This document shows positions 32,191-44,577 of a DNA stretch of 64,000 nucleotides, piece after piece. Origin of the DNA: Lama glama (Eukaryota); contig CM052823.1 in assembly GCA_028534125.1 (NCBI GenBank), positions 310,001-374,000 of the forward strand. The letters run 5' to 3'. A program made the translations under genes and the position numbers. Position 1 is the stretch's first letter, and the number at the start of each line of letters is the position of its first letter. Under the pieces are notes generated by a model. It saw nothing but the letters and a program-made list of their open reading frames with translations. It was not told the origin of the DNA and did no database searches.

Positions 32191-35100
32191 TCATCCAGGT
32201 CTTAGGAGAGCTGGAGGCTGCCATCTGAGTCCAGAGGAGCCCAGGGGAGAGTTGTCACTCAAACCCCACCATGGCTATGTCCCCACAGGGCTGGACCCCT
32301 CTGAGCTCAGTTATAGCCGGGGGTTCTGTGCAGAGGTTTCAGACAGAGGACACCATCCACGCAGCCAGAACATCCCATGTAAGTGCTTTTCAAAGGGCCT
32401 ACACACCCACGAGGGAAATGGGGGAGCCGTGCCACCCTGGAGGCTTGGTCCAAGGAGCTGGGGGTCACAAGGTCCAAGAGAGGCAGTGGTGGCTTGAACT
32501 TGACCCCATTTGAGAGGCCAAGTGGGCAGCTGTGAAGAATCAAGGGGAGAGCCGAAGGATTGGGCGGCTCAGACCACATGCAGGGTGCCTGCCCTTGGGG
32601 AAAGCAGAGGGGAGGGGCCCCAGGCTGCCGTTTGGCTGCAGGAAGGGGCCCCTGTACCCCTGCCATGCTCCATCTGTCCCTCTCCAGTGGGCAGCAGCGG
32701 GGCTACTGTCAACGGGCATCTGCAGGAGGACATGCTAGCGAAGCCTCATCTCGGCCACATGGGCCAGCCCCCCTGGTGTCAGGAACGCCCGCAGAGAAGG
32801 GCTGTGTGTCCCCAAAGCAGGGCGGTAGGTCCCCCCACTCTATGCTGTGGGCCCTGAAGGGGAAGACAGGTGTGAGCCAGGTGAGGCCCCAGAGCTCCTG
32901 AAGAGGTATCTGGCCATGGTGGGGTTTCGGGGTGGGGGAAGCAGGAGCCTCAGAAGGCAGGAGGGGGCCAGTCAGGGCCTTGCCCGGGGAAGGCCATGGG
33001 GCAGTGGGCTGGGGGTGGTGGCCGGGCTGCTCGAGCACGTCCCTGCGCCCCGGGTACCATAGAAAAATTGAAATAGAGGTGGGGAGACAGCTGATGGGCT
33101 GAGAGCCCTGGAGATGCATCAGAGCTGGGATGTGCAGGGAAGTGGGGACGGGCCGGCAGCCTGTCCTCGAAGGTAGCAGTGGGTTGAGGGCAGCACCCTT
33201 AAGAGCCCCCGTCCAGGGCTGTGTCCCAGCCTCCTGCACCCTGCCCTGCCCCTCCCCCATGCCCCACAGCATGGGTGCAGGGTCAGATTCCTTCCCCCAG
33301 CCCAGGCCCTGCCCTCACACCTCTTCTCCAGAAGGGAAGGACCACCCAGGGAGGGACCCTCAGGATCCTGTTCCCCACCCTCTGAGCAGGTCAGACACCC
33401 CCTGGGTCTGACCACCTGGGCCATTCAGGGCTGCATGTCACCCAGGCTGGACCTTCCGGTGGGCACCAGGCACCTGCAGCCTCAGTCCCTGTGCTGTGGC
33501 CCTCATCAGCCATGACCACTCAGCCTCCCCATATGAGGGGATGTTCCCTAGGCCACCCTCCCCTTCTCGTCCAGAATGTGGAAGGAGGCCCAGGGGTTGC
33601 TGCCCCTCCCTGGAGCCTACTCCGTCCCCCCAGTAGCCGTGGCCTGCCCTCACCATAGCCCCTTGGTGCTCAAGCCCACAGGCACCCCATCCCTGGACAG
33701 AGGCTTGTGGACCACTCTGCCCCTATACTCTCTGTCCCCCAAGAAGCTCTCATGTCCTCCTGGCTGGCTCCTCCTCAGCTATTAGCACTGTCCCCGGGGC
33801 CCCCTCCTCCAGGAAGCCCCCCACTCCCTCTCCTAGTGCTGCTGCCACCCGAATAGCTCGGGAGTCTCTGCAGATATTCAAGCTGCTGGGGTTGGCGCCT
33901 AAGCCAGGGAGGAGGACAGGGGTTTGGAGGACGGCTGGCAGACCCTCACCTGGCCCGGGGCCCGGTGGTGCAGGACCCTCGGGGCACCCAGCCCTGGCAG
34001 ACTTGGCCAGGAGCTCCTCTTTGTGGGCGGTCGCTGTGTGAATCACCCCTCAGGCACAGGCACAAATGCAGGAAACCGCCATTCTGTTAAACTCTATTTT
34101 CCCCGGCAGAGGGGAAAGTCCGTCACACGAAGACCATTGTCCCCGGGCTCCTGCTTTCCGGGTGGGCTCCGCGGAGATGGGCTTGCGGGCTGCTGGGGCT
34201 CCTGGCTGAGCAGTTTCCCTTCGAGACCCAGGGGCGCCTACTGGGGGGGACTGTGGGGCCCGGTCCAGCCACCAGCCCAGGGCGACACCAGCAGGGCCAG
34301 GAGGCGGTGCACGCCCCAGGAGCCCGAGCTGCGCTGGGGCCGAGTGAGGTCAGAGCTCAGGTCCAGCACCCCACCCCCACATGCTCCACCTGCCCTCAGG
34401 CGTCCAGCCCAGGCCCGCCCCAGGTTTCCCCCCATCCCTGGGAGGAAGCCCCCAACCCCACCCTCCACCCCCTGCAGCCAGGGGACTCTGCCCGTGGGCT
34501 TGCTGCTCTCCTGGGGCCCTGCTGCAGTTGGGGGACTATGTCCAGACTGTGCCCTGCCCCCAGGGGAGGTGGACGGGCAGGCAGCCCTCACAATCTGTCC
34601 CACTCTTGCCCCGGGGCCTAACGTCGAGTTCCACCTGGCGCGTGGGTTACCACGTGGAAACGGGGCAATGGTGGTGCCTGAGCCATAGCTCAGCCAGACA
34701 TGGGGAAAGATGGGTGACCGAGGGGCCACCATGGGCACCCAGAGCGGTGCTGGTTAAGGGTTGTGGACAACAGGCACCCCCTCCCCACATCCTGGGGGAC
34801 CCCCGTGAGGAGTCTGGGCAGCTAGTGGTGCAGGGGTGGGGCCACCCCAGTACTGGCCCCAGATTTGAGTTGGGGCTGGTGGAGGTTGGGCAGGGGCTGA
34901 GGCTGGGTGGAGGGGGGCTGGACTGGGGACTTAGTATGGGTGGAGGTGAGTGAGGCCGGACTGTGGGTCCAGGCGCCAGTGGACTCCAGGGAGGGTAGGA
35001 AGAGGGCCCCGCCCCTGGCCTGAGCACGTCTCTCCCAACCCAGCAAGCTCCAAGGGGCAGCCTGGGCGTTCAGGCCAAGGAGAAGAAAGAAGCCGCATGG

Positions 35101-36339
35101 CCCAGCTATTCTGGGAGGGGCTCCAAGGATAAGCTCAAAGGGCAAGGGCTCAGGAAGCCAAAGGCAGGAGCCAGGGTCTCAGAGAGAACGCGGGGGGGGG
35201 GGCGGGGGCGGGGAGCGGCATACCCCAAGGTGGCTGAAACGCAGGCTTTGGGAGGTGCTTTCAGAGAAGGGGTCGGGGGGAGGTTGGGAGGGACAGAGAG
35301 CCCCCACTGTGGTCACAGTGGAGATGGACAGAGCTCACCACCAGCACCCTGATCGCGTTTCCCCGAAGGAGAACAAAATGGCGGAGGCGACTGTCACAGA
35401 CACAAAGTCTGAGGATCTGCCTGCATGACAGACGGGGGGCTCGGCGGAGTGTCCTCATCCCCACGCACCCCTGCCACCTGCCCACCCGCCCGCTGGCCCT
35501 GCATGCCTGCCCGGGTCACGTGGACCCTCGCCCTCCGTCCTTCTTGCCCCTCACACACCTCCTTCAACCTGGCTGCTCTGAGCAAATCCTAGATGTCACT
35601 GCACACTTCAGCCTGTATCTCTGAGGCGTGGTTTCCCAGAGCGTAACTGTGACGCGCACGAATCCAGGCAGCGTTCTCGTCCCTGGACAAGGCGAGGGAA
35701 CCCTTCTGCACTGCTGGTCTGATGACCCACACGAGGCCCACGCCTTGTGACTGGCTGGCGCGTCTCTTGGATCTCTTTATCCTCAGTTTCTCCCTCCCGG
35801 TGGTCTTGAGTTTGCCCCCAACCACATATCTGTTCTAGACCAAAAGTGGGGTGTGGGTGTGCTTGGTGTGGGGTGAGCCCGCATCAGTGGCTCTTCTGCC
35901 AAGAGGAGCATGCTGTCTGGTCGTCTTTTTCGTCTGTTGTGTTTTTGTGTGTGAGGTTAAATATAGCTAACATAAAGCAGACTATTTTAACCATTTTAAA
36001 TTAGGAGAAAGAACATTTCTGAGATGAACAGCAGATCAAAAACATGTAACACGTGTGCAACCAGAAACACAGCCTCAGAAGACAGAAAGCGATGATGCCA
36101 ACTGACCCTGCAGCGGTGCTTGGAGGTGGACACACGCCAGCCCCTCTCTCGGACGCCGGCAGCTCCAGCATCCACAAGCAAAGACGTGGACAATTTGGAC
36201 AACACAAGAGATAGAAAAAGGCACTCATTTTTTTTCTTTTTTAGTACAAATGGGACACTCTCCAAATCAACGGTATGAGGTCCCCAGAGAGGCCTCAGGA
36301 AGGCCTGAGGAGCAAAAGCAGCCACCCTGGAGGTGTGCA

Positions 36340-36660
36340 GGTAAGTAAGTGATATTCACAAATTACAGATTAAAGGTATTTCCAACTGAGAATTCTGCAC
36401 CTGGCCCAGCTGTCATGCAAGGATGAGGGTATAACAAAGATATTCTCAGATATGCACAGTATTAAAATGTATCTTCCACCCATTGTATCTCAAGAAGCTA
36501 CTGAAGGATGTGCTCCATTAAAATGAGGGTGTAAACCAAGAAACAGAGAGACCAGCATTCGGACCCCCTGTGTCTAACACAGGAGGGGGAAGTGAGTTCC
36601 CAGGGGCTTGTCAGGGGAGACGTCTGCCAGACAGCTGTGCCCTGTGAGCATCGGCTACCC
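36340..36660 (+). mobile_element. HAL1 / L1 ORF1-like fragment
   Basis: TTCCAACTGAGAATTCTGCACCTGGCCCAGCTGTCA...AAGCTACTGAAGGATGTGCTCCA...GTAAACCAAGAAA resembles the HAL1 consensus. Confidence 0.7.
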
Positions 36661-37639
36661 ACGTCAGACCGCGTGACACGAGAGATGGCACCTCTAGGGC
36701 AGCTGAGGATGTGGCTTCCCCCAGACGCATCTGCTTGACCCATGCTGACCCACCCTGGAGGACGGGAGAGGGCTCTGGTGGGCTTGGAAGCAGAAATATA
36801 GGATGGCCCACGCCCCAGCTGGATGCCCCGCCTGTGGGGCCTGGACGCCCGTAGGCCACCTGTGTCCCTGCCGAGTGATGGCCCCAGAACAGCTCCTGAA
36901 ACTCCCCGCAGCTTCCAGGGTACTAGCAACACGTCCGTCACGACCTGGCTCCTGTGTGTCCATTTTACTGGTGTTCTTTAAACTGTACATGACATGGACC
37001 AGCCCGCAGAGCTGGCACACAGCTCTTAGGAGGAAATCCGACACCGGTAGAGCAAAGGGACCCTCTGGGGACACGGGGCACCATGGAGACACCGAGCCTC
37101 TCCCAGGTGATCTGCAGACCCAATGCCGTCGGAGTACACATGCCTGCCACTGGTTCGTCCCACCTGTTCTGACATTTGTGTGAGAAAGAGAAGGTCCATG
37201 ATAAATGAGTTAATTGTGAAAAAACTGTACAATGAGGTATGAAGATGCGCTGGAAACCGCGGCAACGAAGTGGGGTGACGCTGGCGCAGGAGTCGGCCCA
37301 ACGGCACTGGATGGACAATGAAGGCTGAAGGCAGACTCCTGGCCACTTGCAGTCACTCACTCGTGTGGCCCAGGCCAGAGGCCCGAGGGCTCCCCTCCGG
37401 AGCCACTGAAAGGCCCAAAGAAAAGACCCCCGTCTCAGGTACTGGAACGTGGGGGCCCCGTAAGGGGGCGGGTCTGACAGCTTGCAGTGCAGCCCCGAGT
37501 TAACAACACAGTCAGGGCTGCCCCCAAGTCCTGAACTCAAGGAAACAGACACAGAGAGCGTGGGCCAGAGAAACCCAACCGTACCACCCCTCAGGGGTAA
37601 GACACTCCCACCCAACAAGGATGTGCTGCAAAGAGAAAG

Positions 37640-38200
37640 AGGGAGAGAGAACAGACACCACGGGGTTAAAAACCTGATGGCAGAAACTTGGGGAAAAAAC
37701 GAAGGATTGAAAGATGAAATGGAGAAACTCTCCTGCATGGCAGAACTGAAAGGCACAGAGTCGTAAATGCAAGGGAAGCTAAGACAGTAAGGGGCTCATT
37801 CATGAGACTAAGCACCCAACTGATTGGAGTTCCAGACAGAAGAGAGAGAACGGAAGGGGACAGAGGATACAGGAAACCACTCACACAAGTTTCCCAAACG
37901 GAAGGGCGCGCGCTTCCAGACGGAGACGGTCACCAGCTACTCGGCCAAGGGTTGAGAAACCCAGTTGCAGGCAGGACGTTATGGAACTTGGGGACCCAAA
38001 CGGCTGTAGAGGGAAGGGAAGGTCAGGGATTGGGGCAGCTCAGCGGTCAACCTGACACGGGAAGCCTTCATCGTGGGAAAAAGTTTCCAGCCACGATTAA
38101 CCATCCGGTCAGTGAGGGGCTGGTGACATTTCCACACCAGTGTAAACTCCCAAGTCATCAGTTTCCATGAGGCATTTTGAGGATAAGGAGGAAGTGGACA
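37640..38200 (+). mobile_element. Second HAL1 / L1 ORF1-like fragment
   Basis: A-rich; encodes coiled-coil-like MAETWGKNEGLKDEMEKLS and TQLIGVPDRRER (ORF1 RRM-like IGVP motif). Confidence 0.6.
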
Positions 38201-38371
38201 GGGAAGGGGGAGGCATGGAGCCAGCGACCCTGGGACGGAACTCAGCAGGGAGTAGTGAGGGAAGCCCCTGGGTCCTGGACAAGGGGCACCAGCCCAGGGT
38301 CGAAGGAGGAGAGCCCCGGGGGCTGGCGCCAAGAAAAACTGCAAGGAGGACCAGGTACGTCGACCTTGGTG

Positions 38372-38808
38372 GGGGCAATCAGTTCCTCCAGAGAAACAGA
38401 ACACGTGTGTGTATACAGTACACGTGAAATAGGAGATATATATATATATTTATTATGAGGAATTAATTGGGGCTCACGCAGCAGTTACAGAGACAGACAA
38501 CTGCCCAGGTCCGCAGCCAGCTCACTGGAGCCCAGGGGAGCCGCTGGTGTGTGTCCCCGCCCGAGTCCGAGTCTGCAGGCAAGAGGAGACCGCAGTCCGA
38601 GCTGGAGGACCACGGCAGGGAGCGCAGACCCTGCACTCATTCTGCTCTGTTCGGGTCTCCAGAACTGGATGAGGCCCATCGCGTGGTGGGAGGGCATCTG
38701 CTTTCCTCAGTGCGCCTGTCGCCACCCAGACACACCCAGGATGATGTCCCGCTACATACCAGGGCACCCGTGGCCCGGCCAAGTTCATACATGAACTTAA
38801 CCATCACA
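38372..38808 (-). mobile_element. MLT2 (ERVL) solo LTR
   Basis: CTCCAGAGAAACAGAAC, internal (TA)n, ATTTATTATGAGGAATT, ends TTAACCATCACA (RC of the TGTGATGGTTAA start). Confidence 0.85.
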
Positions 38809-39722
38809 GAAGAGGTGAGGATTACATCAGAAAATCACAGGTGCAAGGAAGGGTAACCTGAACGCACTTAATGCGCCACGGGGTGCGCGCTCTCATAAAA
38901 GACACCGGCACCCAACTCTGACTCAGCAAGAGATCCTGAGCTGGACACACCGGGGGAGAAGGCAAGGGACGTGTCCACACACAGGAAAAGACAAAGCCTC
39001 CCGGCCGCCAGGTGATGGCCCCATGCCATCGTCTACACCCACACCCGCCCACCTCACCTCCTCTTCACAGGCCTAGCCTCAGGGCTGGGGGCGTTCACCC
39101 TCCCTGGGGTGTGCTCAGGGAAAGTTTTGCCCCATGCCCTCTGGTCCAGACCTTGGAGGTGAATAGTCATTGGTCCACACAGTGAGAGCTTCTGGGCAAG
39201 TGTTCCCTCCTAATTTGCAGAGATACCCCTCCCTTCACCGAAGCTGCAGGATCTGTAGATGATGCCTGGGCCACAGCAGCCATGTTGTGATCCTGAGGCT
39301 GAGTAGGGGGCTGAACTGCCATGCATGGGGGAGGTGCTCTATGGACAGCTCCAGGGCCTCGTCCTTCCAGATTTCTCGTGTGAGACTGCCAACCCCGAGC
39401 TGTCTGAACTATTGGAGGTGGCTCTCCTGGCAGCCTGTGGCTGAGCTTGCCTGACCACACTGCAGGCAGAGGGAAAACGCTACCACCAATAAATCCAGAA
39501 ACAGCTGCGCGAGCACACACCTGGAGGGACCCACCAGAAGCACAGCCTGAAGGGTTGACAGTGGCCACCTCTGGGGGCCGAGGTGTGGAGATGGGTGGGC
39601 CAGGGACTAGCAGTTCTGGGTATGCATCTTGTGCTAATATTTAACATTTTTCTTTTTCCTGTTGCCATGTGCGTGCATCACTTTGACAGAAATTAAAATT
39701 AACTGAAAAAAAAATCAAAACA

Positions 39723-39809
39723 GGGGAAGGGTATAGCTCAGTGGTAGAACGCAGGCTTAGATGCACAAGGTCCTGGGTTCAATCCCCAGTACCTTCATTA
39801 AAAAAAAAA
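39723..39809 (+). mobile_element. tRNA-Ala-derived SINE (Vic-1-like, short form)
   Basis: Intact A box (TAGCTCAGTGG) and B box (GGTTCAATCC), A tail, TSD-like AAAAAT(G)CAAAACA on both sides. Confidence 0.88.
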
Positions 39810-40774
39810 TGCAAAACACCCAAACCCAAACCACCACCCGCAAAAAACACCCACCCCCCACCAAAGTTCCCTAACTCAGTTGAAAAGAAAAGGCTCCTCT
39901 CGGCGCCCAGCAGAATCACGGGTTTTGTGTGGCCTCCGCTCCCTGCTGCTGCCCCTGGCACCCCCGAGGTCCCCAGAAGGTGGCCCTGCTGTACTGGGGT
40001 CCTCAGCCCCTTCGCTTAGCAAAGCAGACCTCGGCGCCCAGCCTAGCTGCCCTCTGCCCCCTGCTGCAGGGACGAAGAAGTTACGACTCACCCCCCACTT
40101 TCAGGGCAGCCTGTCGTCCGTAACCAGGTGGCCCGAGTCCGGCCCCTGCCAGCCGCCCCATGCACGCTCCTCCTCCCCTGGCTCCCTGCCTGTGAGGTAT
40201 CATTCCTCCTCTGGGATGTCCATGGACCCCTACAGCTCACCGCTGTCACCCCTGGCGTCCTGCCCAACCCCTCACTCTGGGCCCGTCCTCAGGCGTCCCC
40301 TGCACCCCTCCTGCCACCAGCGCCTGGACTCCATGCCCACGGCCCTGGCCTTGACCCTCCGTGTCCCCTCTGGCTCAGCCTGTGTCTGGGCATTAGTTCT
40401 CTGCCTGCTGTGGACTCCTAGCCTCTGACTCCCCTGCTTCCTCCCAGGCTCCTGCTGCCCTTCATCCCTGGGGTCTGTCACATCAGGAACTAGCATCCTC
40501 ATCTCTCTGGACCCACGGGCTGCCCACCACTCACTCTGGGGAAGGAAGGAAGGAAGCCAACATCCACCTATCCGCCTGCCCAGGCTTCTGGGCACTGCCC
40601 GAGGGCATCCTCCAGCCTGGCGCCACCAGGAAGCCCCAGGCACCAGGCTACCGGGACCCCAACCCCTTTGGGACCACGTGCAGCCACCCACTCCTCCCAC
40701 CCTGGTCTGGACAGACGACCAGAGAAAAGGGAGTCAGCAGACCCCTCCCACAGGATCCCACCGGCTCCCGGGAT

Positions 40775-41210
40775 GCCTCCCCCTGCCCTCCCCATGTCCA
40801 CACCGTGATCCCCGGAACCTGGGAACGTGAAACCTTGCATGGCCGAGACGAGACTCTGTGAAGGACCGGAGATGGGGGATCCTGGCGGACAGAGGGGGGC
40901 CAGCGTCGACAGGGGGTCCTTATGGGGGAAAGTAGGTGGGTCAGAGCAGAGGAAACAAGGCAGCAGAACAGGGCTGAGGTGCTGCTGCCGTGAAGACGAG
41001 GACGGGCGGGGGGCCACTGCCTCAAAAGGCTGGAAAAGGCCGGGAACGGAGTCCCCCCCCAGCAGGCTTGCAACCCTAGGCACATCTTGGCTTTAGCGCA
41101 GTGAGGCTGCGTTGGGCTTCTGTCCTCAGAGCTGTCGGGTGACATCTGTGCTGCTTCAAGCCACCAAGTCTAGGTGGCTGTTTTGGCAGTGCTGGGGCCC
41201 TGACACCCAG
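40775..41210 (+). mobile_element. MLT1 (MaLR) solo LTR
   Basis: ATGTCCACACCGTGATCCCCGGAACCTG...GCTGGAAAAGGC...TTCAAGCCACCAAGTCT typical of MLT1C/D. Confidence 0.75.
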
Positions 41211-41899
41211 GTCTCAGCAGGATCTCAAAGCCTCCACATTCCCAGATCCAGAGGTGGCTTCCCAGAGGGCCCCCTGGTGTCCACCAAGTCCCCCTTCCCC
41301 CGGAGAGTGGCCCTCCACGCAGGCTCCTCCTCTGCACCTGCTCCCGAAGGGCCCGAGGTCACCCACCTACATGGCCACCACTCTGTACAACGGCCAAAGC
41401 CCCTCTGAAGGTCTCCTACTCTCCCTGGCCCAGGCAGCCACAGTGACCTCAGAGAGGCACGGCCTGACCACCATGCCCCTGCCTGGAGTCTTCCATGGCC
41501 CCCAGTGCCCTGTGAGAGGGCCCAGCACAGCCCTGCCGGCTGCCCCAGCACCATGGACCCCTCTTCCATCCTATCCTCCTCCTTCATTCTCAGGTGTCTG
41601 GGAACAGCACCTTCTCAGCAGGGCCACCCCACGGCCCAGCCCTCCTCTCCCCGAAGCCCTCTGAGCCCCCGCCCCAAGCTGCCCGGCACACAGCAGGCAC
41701 TCTGGAAAAACGGGTGGACTCCTTTGTCTTTTCCCTGCTTCCTGTGTCTGACTATGGCCTCACCGGAGACGCTGCACTGCACCTCCTGCCCCAGGTCCAC
41801 AGTTAGACCTACCATGACGGGTCCCAGGGTGTGTGGGAAGATGGGGCTGGGTGGCCGGAGGTGGCATGAAACATCCCTGAAGGGTCTCACTGATACACT

Positions 41900-42440
41900 T
41901 TTCCTTAAAAAAAAGTTGAACTAAAATCCACATCACCTTAACCATTTCACCTTGGAGGCTTCAGAGGCCTTTAGTACATTCACAACATTGTGCAAGCATC
42001 ACCTCTTGTCTAAGAATGTTTTTGTCACTGTCCCCATTAAGCAATCACTCCCCACCCCTGGCCCTTGGCAACCCCTAATCTGCTGTCTCCGTGGATTTAC
42101 TTACTCTGGACACTTCACATAAATGGATCATACAATAGGTGACCTTCTGTGTTTGGCTTCTTTCACTCAGTCTTTAAGGTTCATTCATGTGGTAGCACAT
42201 GTCAGAATCTCATTCCTTTTTATGGCTGCATAATATTCCAGTGTCTGGCTAGACCACATTTTGTTAATCTGCTCAGCACTGGATGGACCCTTGGGTGGCT
42301 GCCACCTTCCTGCTCTTGTGCAGAGTAAAAGTATCTGTTTGAGGCCATCTTCAGTTCTGTGGGAGGACACCTGGGAGTGGGACTGCTGGGTCACATGGTG
42401 ACTCTAGTTTACCTGCCCGAGGCCCTACCAGGCTGTTTCC
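41900..42440 (-). mobile_element. L1MB-like 3' end
   Basis: Antisense 3' UTR phrases plus WQPPKGPSSAEQINKMWSSQTLEYYAAIKRNEIL, matching the L1 ORF2p C-terminus. Confidence 0.88.
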
Positions 42441-42519
42441 TGCAGGGGTGGCACCTGGCTGCTACTTTGAAGCACACACGTTCCGCAGACTACATCGCAA
42501 GCTGCCTCAGCCTGCATGA

Positions 42520-43402
42520 ACGTCAAATGTTACTTCCCCCCAAATGTGGGCAAAACACTGCTCTGTGGACGTGCTGACTTTTCCCAGATGCTCCGAGCCG
42601 GAGCTTCTGGGGGCTGAGGGGCTGGGAGCAGTATTCCTTATGGCTCCTCCGTGGTCTGGGCCACTGCTATGCCAGCTTTGTGATTTGTCCTTGAAGGAAG
42701 TGGCTTGTGCTTGAGGGAGGGAGCCACCCCCAGGCCTCACGTGTCTGGGGTGGGCCCATCTTCTGGGATGGGCTCTCTGGTGGGTGGTCTCTCTGGCCCC
42801 AGCACACTCTGGCCAGGCCAAGGCCGGGGAGCACACGTCCCTACAGAGTCACAGGGGGTGATGGCTAGTCTCTTATGATGCCCCTATGACCATGCGTCCC
42901 AAGTCCCCTGTCCTTGGGAAGTCCCCTCCCCTGGAATCTGGGGTGGCGGGGACTTACTTTCTGGCCCTTTGGATGCAGAAGTAATGATGCCATCGGGCAC
43001 CTGGGGCTGGTCATGAGAGGCTTGGCCCCCGGTCCATGTATCATGTGCCGGAGAAGCCGCCACGGAAGAACCCCGCTGCTCTGAGACCGCCATGCTCGAG
43101 CAAGCCCCGGCCAGCCACATGGAGAGGCCGCACACAGGGAGCCAGCCAGCCAGCCACAGCTGTTCCAGCCAGCCAGCTAACGCACCAGGCTAGGGGCGAA
43201 GAACGCATCCTGGACGGGCATCCCGCTCAGCCTTCAGAAGACTCCACCCCAGCTGCCACCTGATAGCACCCCAGAGAAACCCAAGGGGGGCTGCCCAGCT
43301 GAGCCAGGGCCATCCCCAGACCCGGAGAGAGAGGAACAGATGGGAGCTTTCAGCCATGAAATCTCAGGGTGCTCTGTCACACAGCAGTAGACAATGGGGA
43401 CA
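42520..43402. mobile_element. Two adjacent MLT1-type LTR remnants (~42520-43000 minus, ~43040-43402 plus)
   Basis: CTGAGACCGCCATGCT...AGCCACATGGAGAGGCC...CCCAGCTGAGCC...TGTCACACAGCAGTAGACAA are typical MLT1 motifs. Confidence 0.6.
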
Positions 43403-44481
43403 CGGAGTTAATTTTAAGGCCACATGGCCAGCCCCACCTGGGCTACCCTCCCCAGGGCCACAGTCCAGGGAGCAGGCCAGGTCAGGGCCCAGTTGCCCGA
43501 CCCTAGCATGTGCGCCTGCCCCTGGGTGGTGGCAGCGACCGCATCTGGAGGGGGTCTTGGGATCCACACCCAAGAAAGTGTGGGGCGGGACTTCTCGTGG
43601 GCGGGAACAGCAGCTGGCTCCTGAGGTGGAGGAGGGACAGCCCCAGAGATGGGGAGAGGCAGCTCCTCCCGGTGGGGCAGGTGGGGCAGGTGGACAGTCC
43701 AGCTGGAGCCAACTCCTCTCAGCCCCCAGGAACCGGGAGGGGAGGGCCTGGCTCTGCCTAGGCCCTGGCCCCTCCCCCAGCCCCCACTCAGGCTCCTCTG
43801 GCCAGGCCCTCTTTCCATCGCTCGCTCTCCTCTCACCCGGGGCTCCCTAGAGGAGTGTATGCTCTCCCCAGCCACCCCCCTCAACGTCCACGCAGTGACC
43901 GTGCGCGCAGCCCCAAGTCCACCTCTTCTCTCCTCCTCTCGCTGGCTCCACTAGGCAGCTATGACCGCCAGCTTCTCTCTTCAGGGCTTAGTCGCCCTTT
44001 CCCTCGAGGACTGTCCCCACCCCTTAATGACCAATCTTGTAATGTGCTCAACCGCGGTGGGGGAGGCATCCTCTCGGCTCATCCCCACGCCCCCCCACCC
44101 CCACCCCGCAAGCTGCACCGCGCAGCGATCTCTCTCCCAACTAAGTTCCAGCGATCACCTCTCAGGCCCGTCCCCTCCAGTCGTGCCCGCCCAGCCCGGC
44201 CGCACACTCGGCTGGCCCCCACCCTGCCGCGGGGTCCATTTGGCGAGCCCCCGCCCTGCTCACACCCTGCGCGGCTCCGGGAGCGCCCCGCAGCCACCAG
44301 CGCCCCACCTGCAGGCAGGTGCTACCTGCGCGCTGGGCCCGCTGGTTTCCGCCGAGCCGCCCGTCCCGTCCCGCCCCGCGCGCACTGGGCATGCCCAGAG
44401 CCCGGTCACGCGCCCGCCCGCTCTAGTCCCGCGCGGACCCTGCCCGCGTCCGCCCCGGGCCCGGCTGCCCCGCGCGCCGCC

Positions 44482-44562
44482 ATGGAGCACATCGAGGGGG
44501 CGGCCGTGGGCCGCTGCGCAGCCTCGCCCTACCTGCAGCCGCTCACGCTGCACTACCGCCAG
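44482..44562 (+). CDS. NUDT14: NUDT14 (UDP-glucose pyrophosphatase) exon 1
   Basis: gccgccATGG Kozak; [27 protein letters not shown]|gtgagc. Confidence 0.96.
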
Positions 44563-44577
44563 GTGAGCCCGCCCGCC

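Larger units (their letters stand above)
27700..39459 (-). pseudogene. Candidate decayed multi-exon WD40 gene (WDR87/WDR97-like unitary pseudogene)
   Basis: About eight colinear minus-strand segments, several with AG/GT flanks, translate to WD40-like strands with stops and frameshifts (see findings). Similarity was judged by eye against remembered WDR87 sequence. Confidence 0.45.

Noticed and set aside
39723-39800. tRNA-Ala-like sequences (also at 32115-32190, 9450-9525, 7905-7975) as real tRNA genes
   Set aside because: Extended 5' ends, imperfect stems, A-rich tails and TSDs identify them as SINE copies.
43855-44481. In-frame upstream extension of NUDT14
   Set aside because: It starts at GTG with no in-frame ATG before 44482, which has an optimal Kozak context; an open frame is expected in CpG-island DNA.
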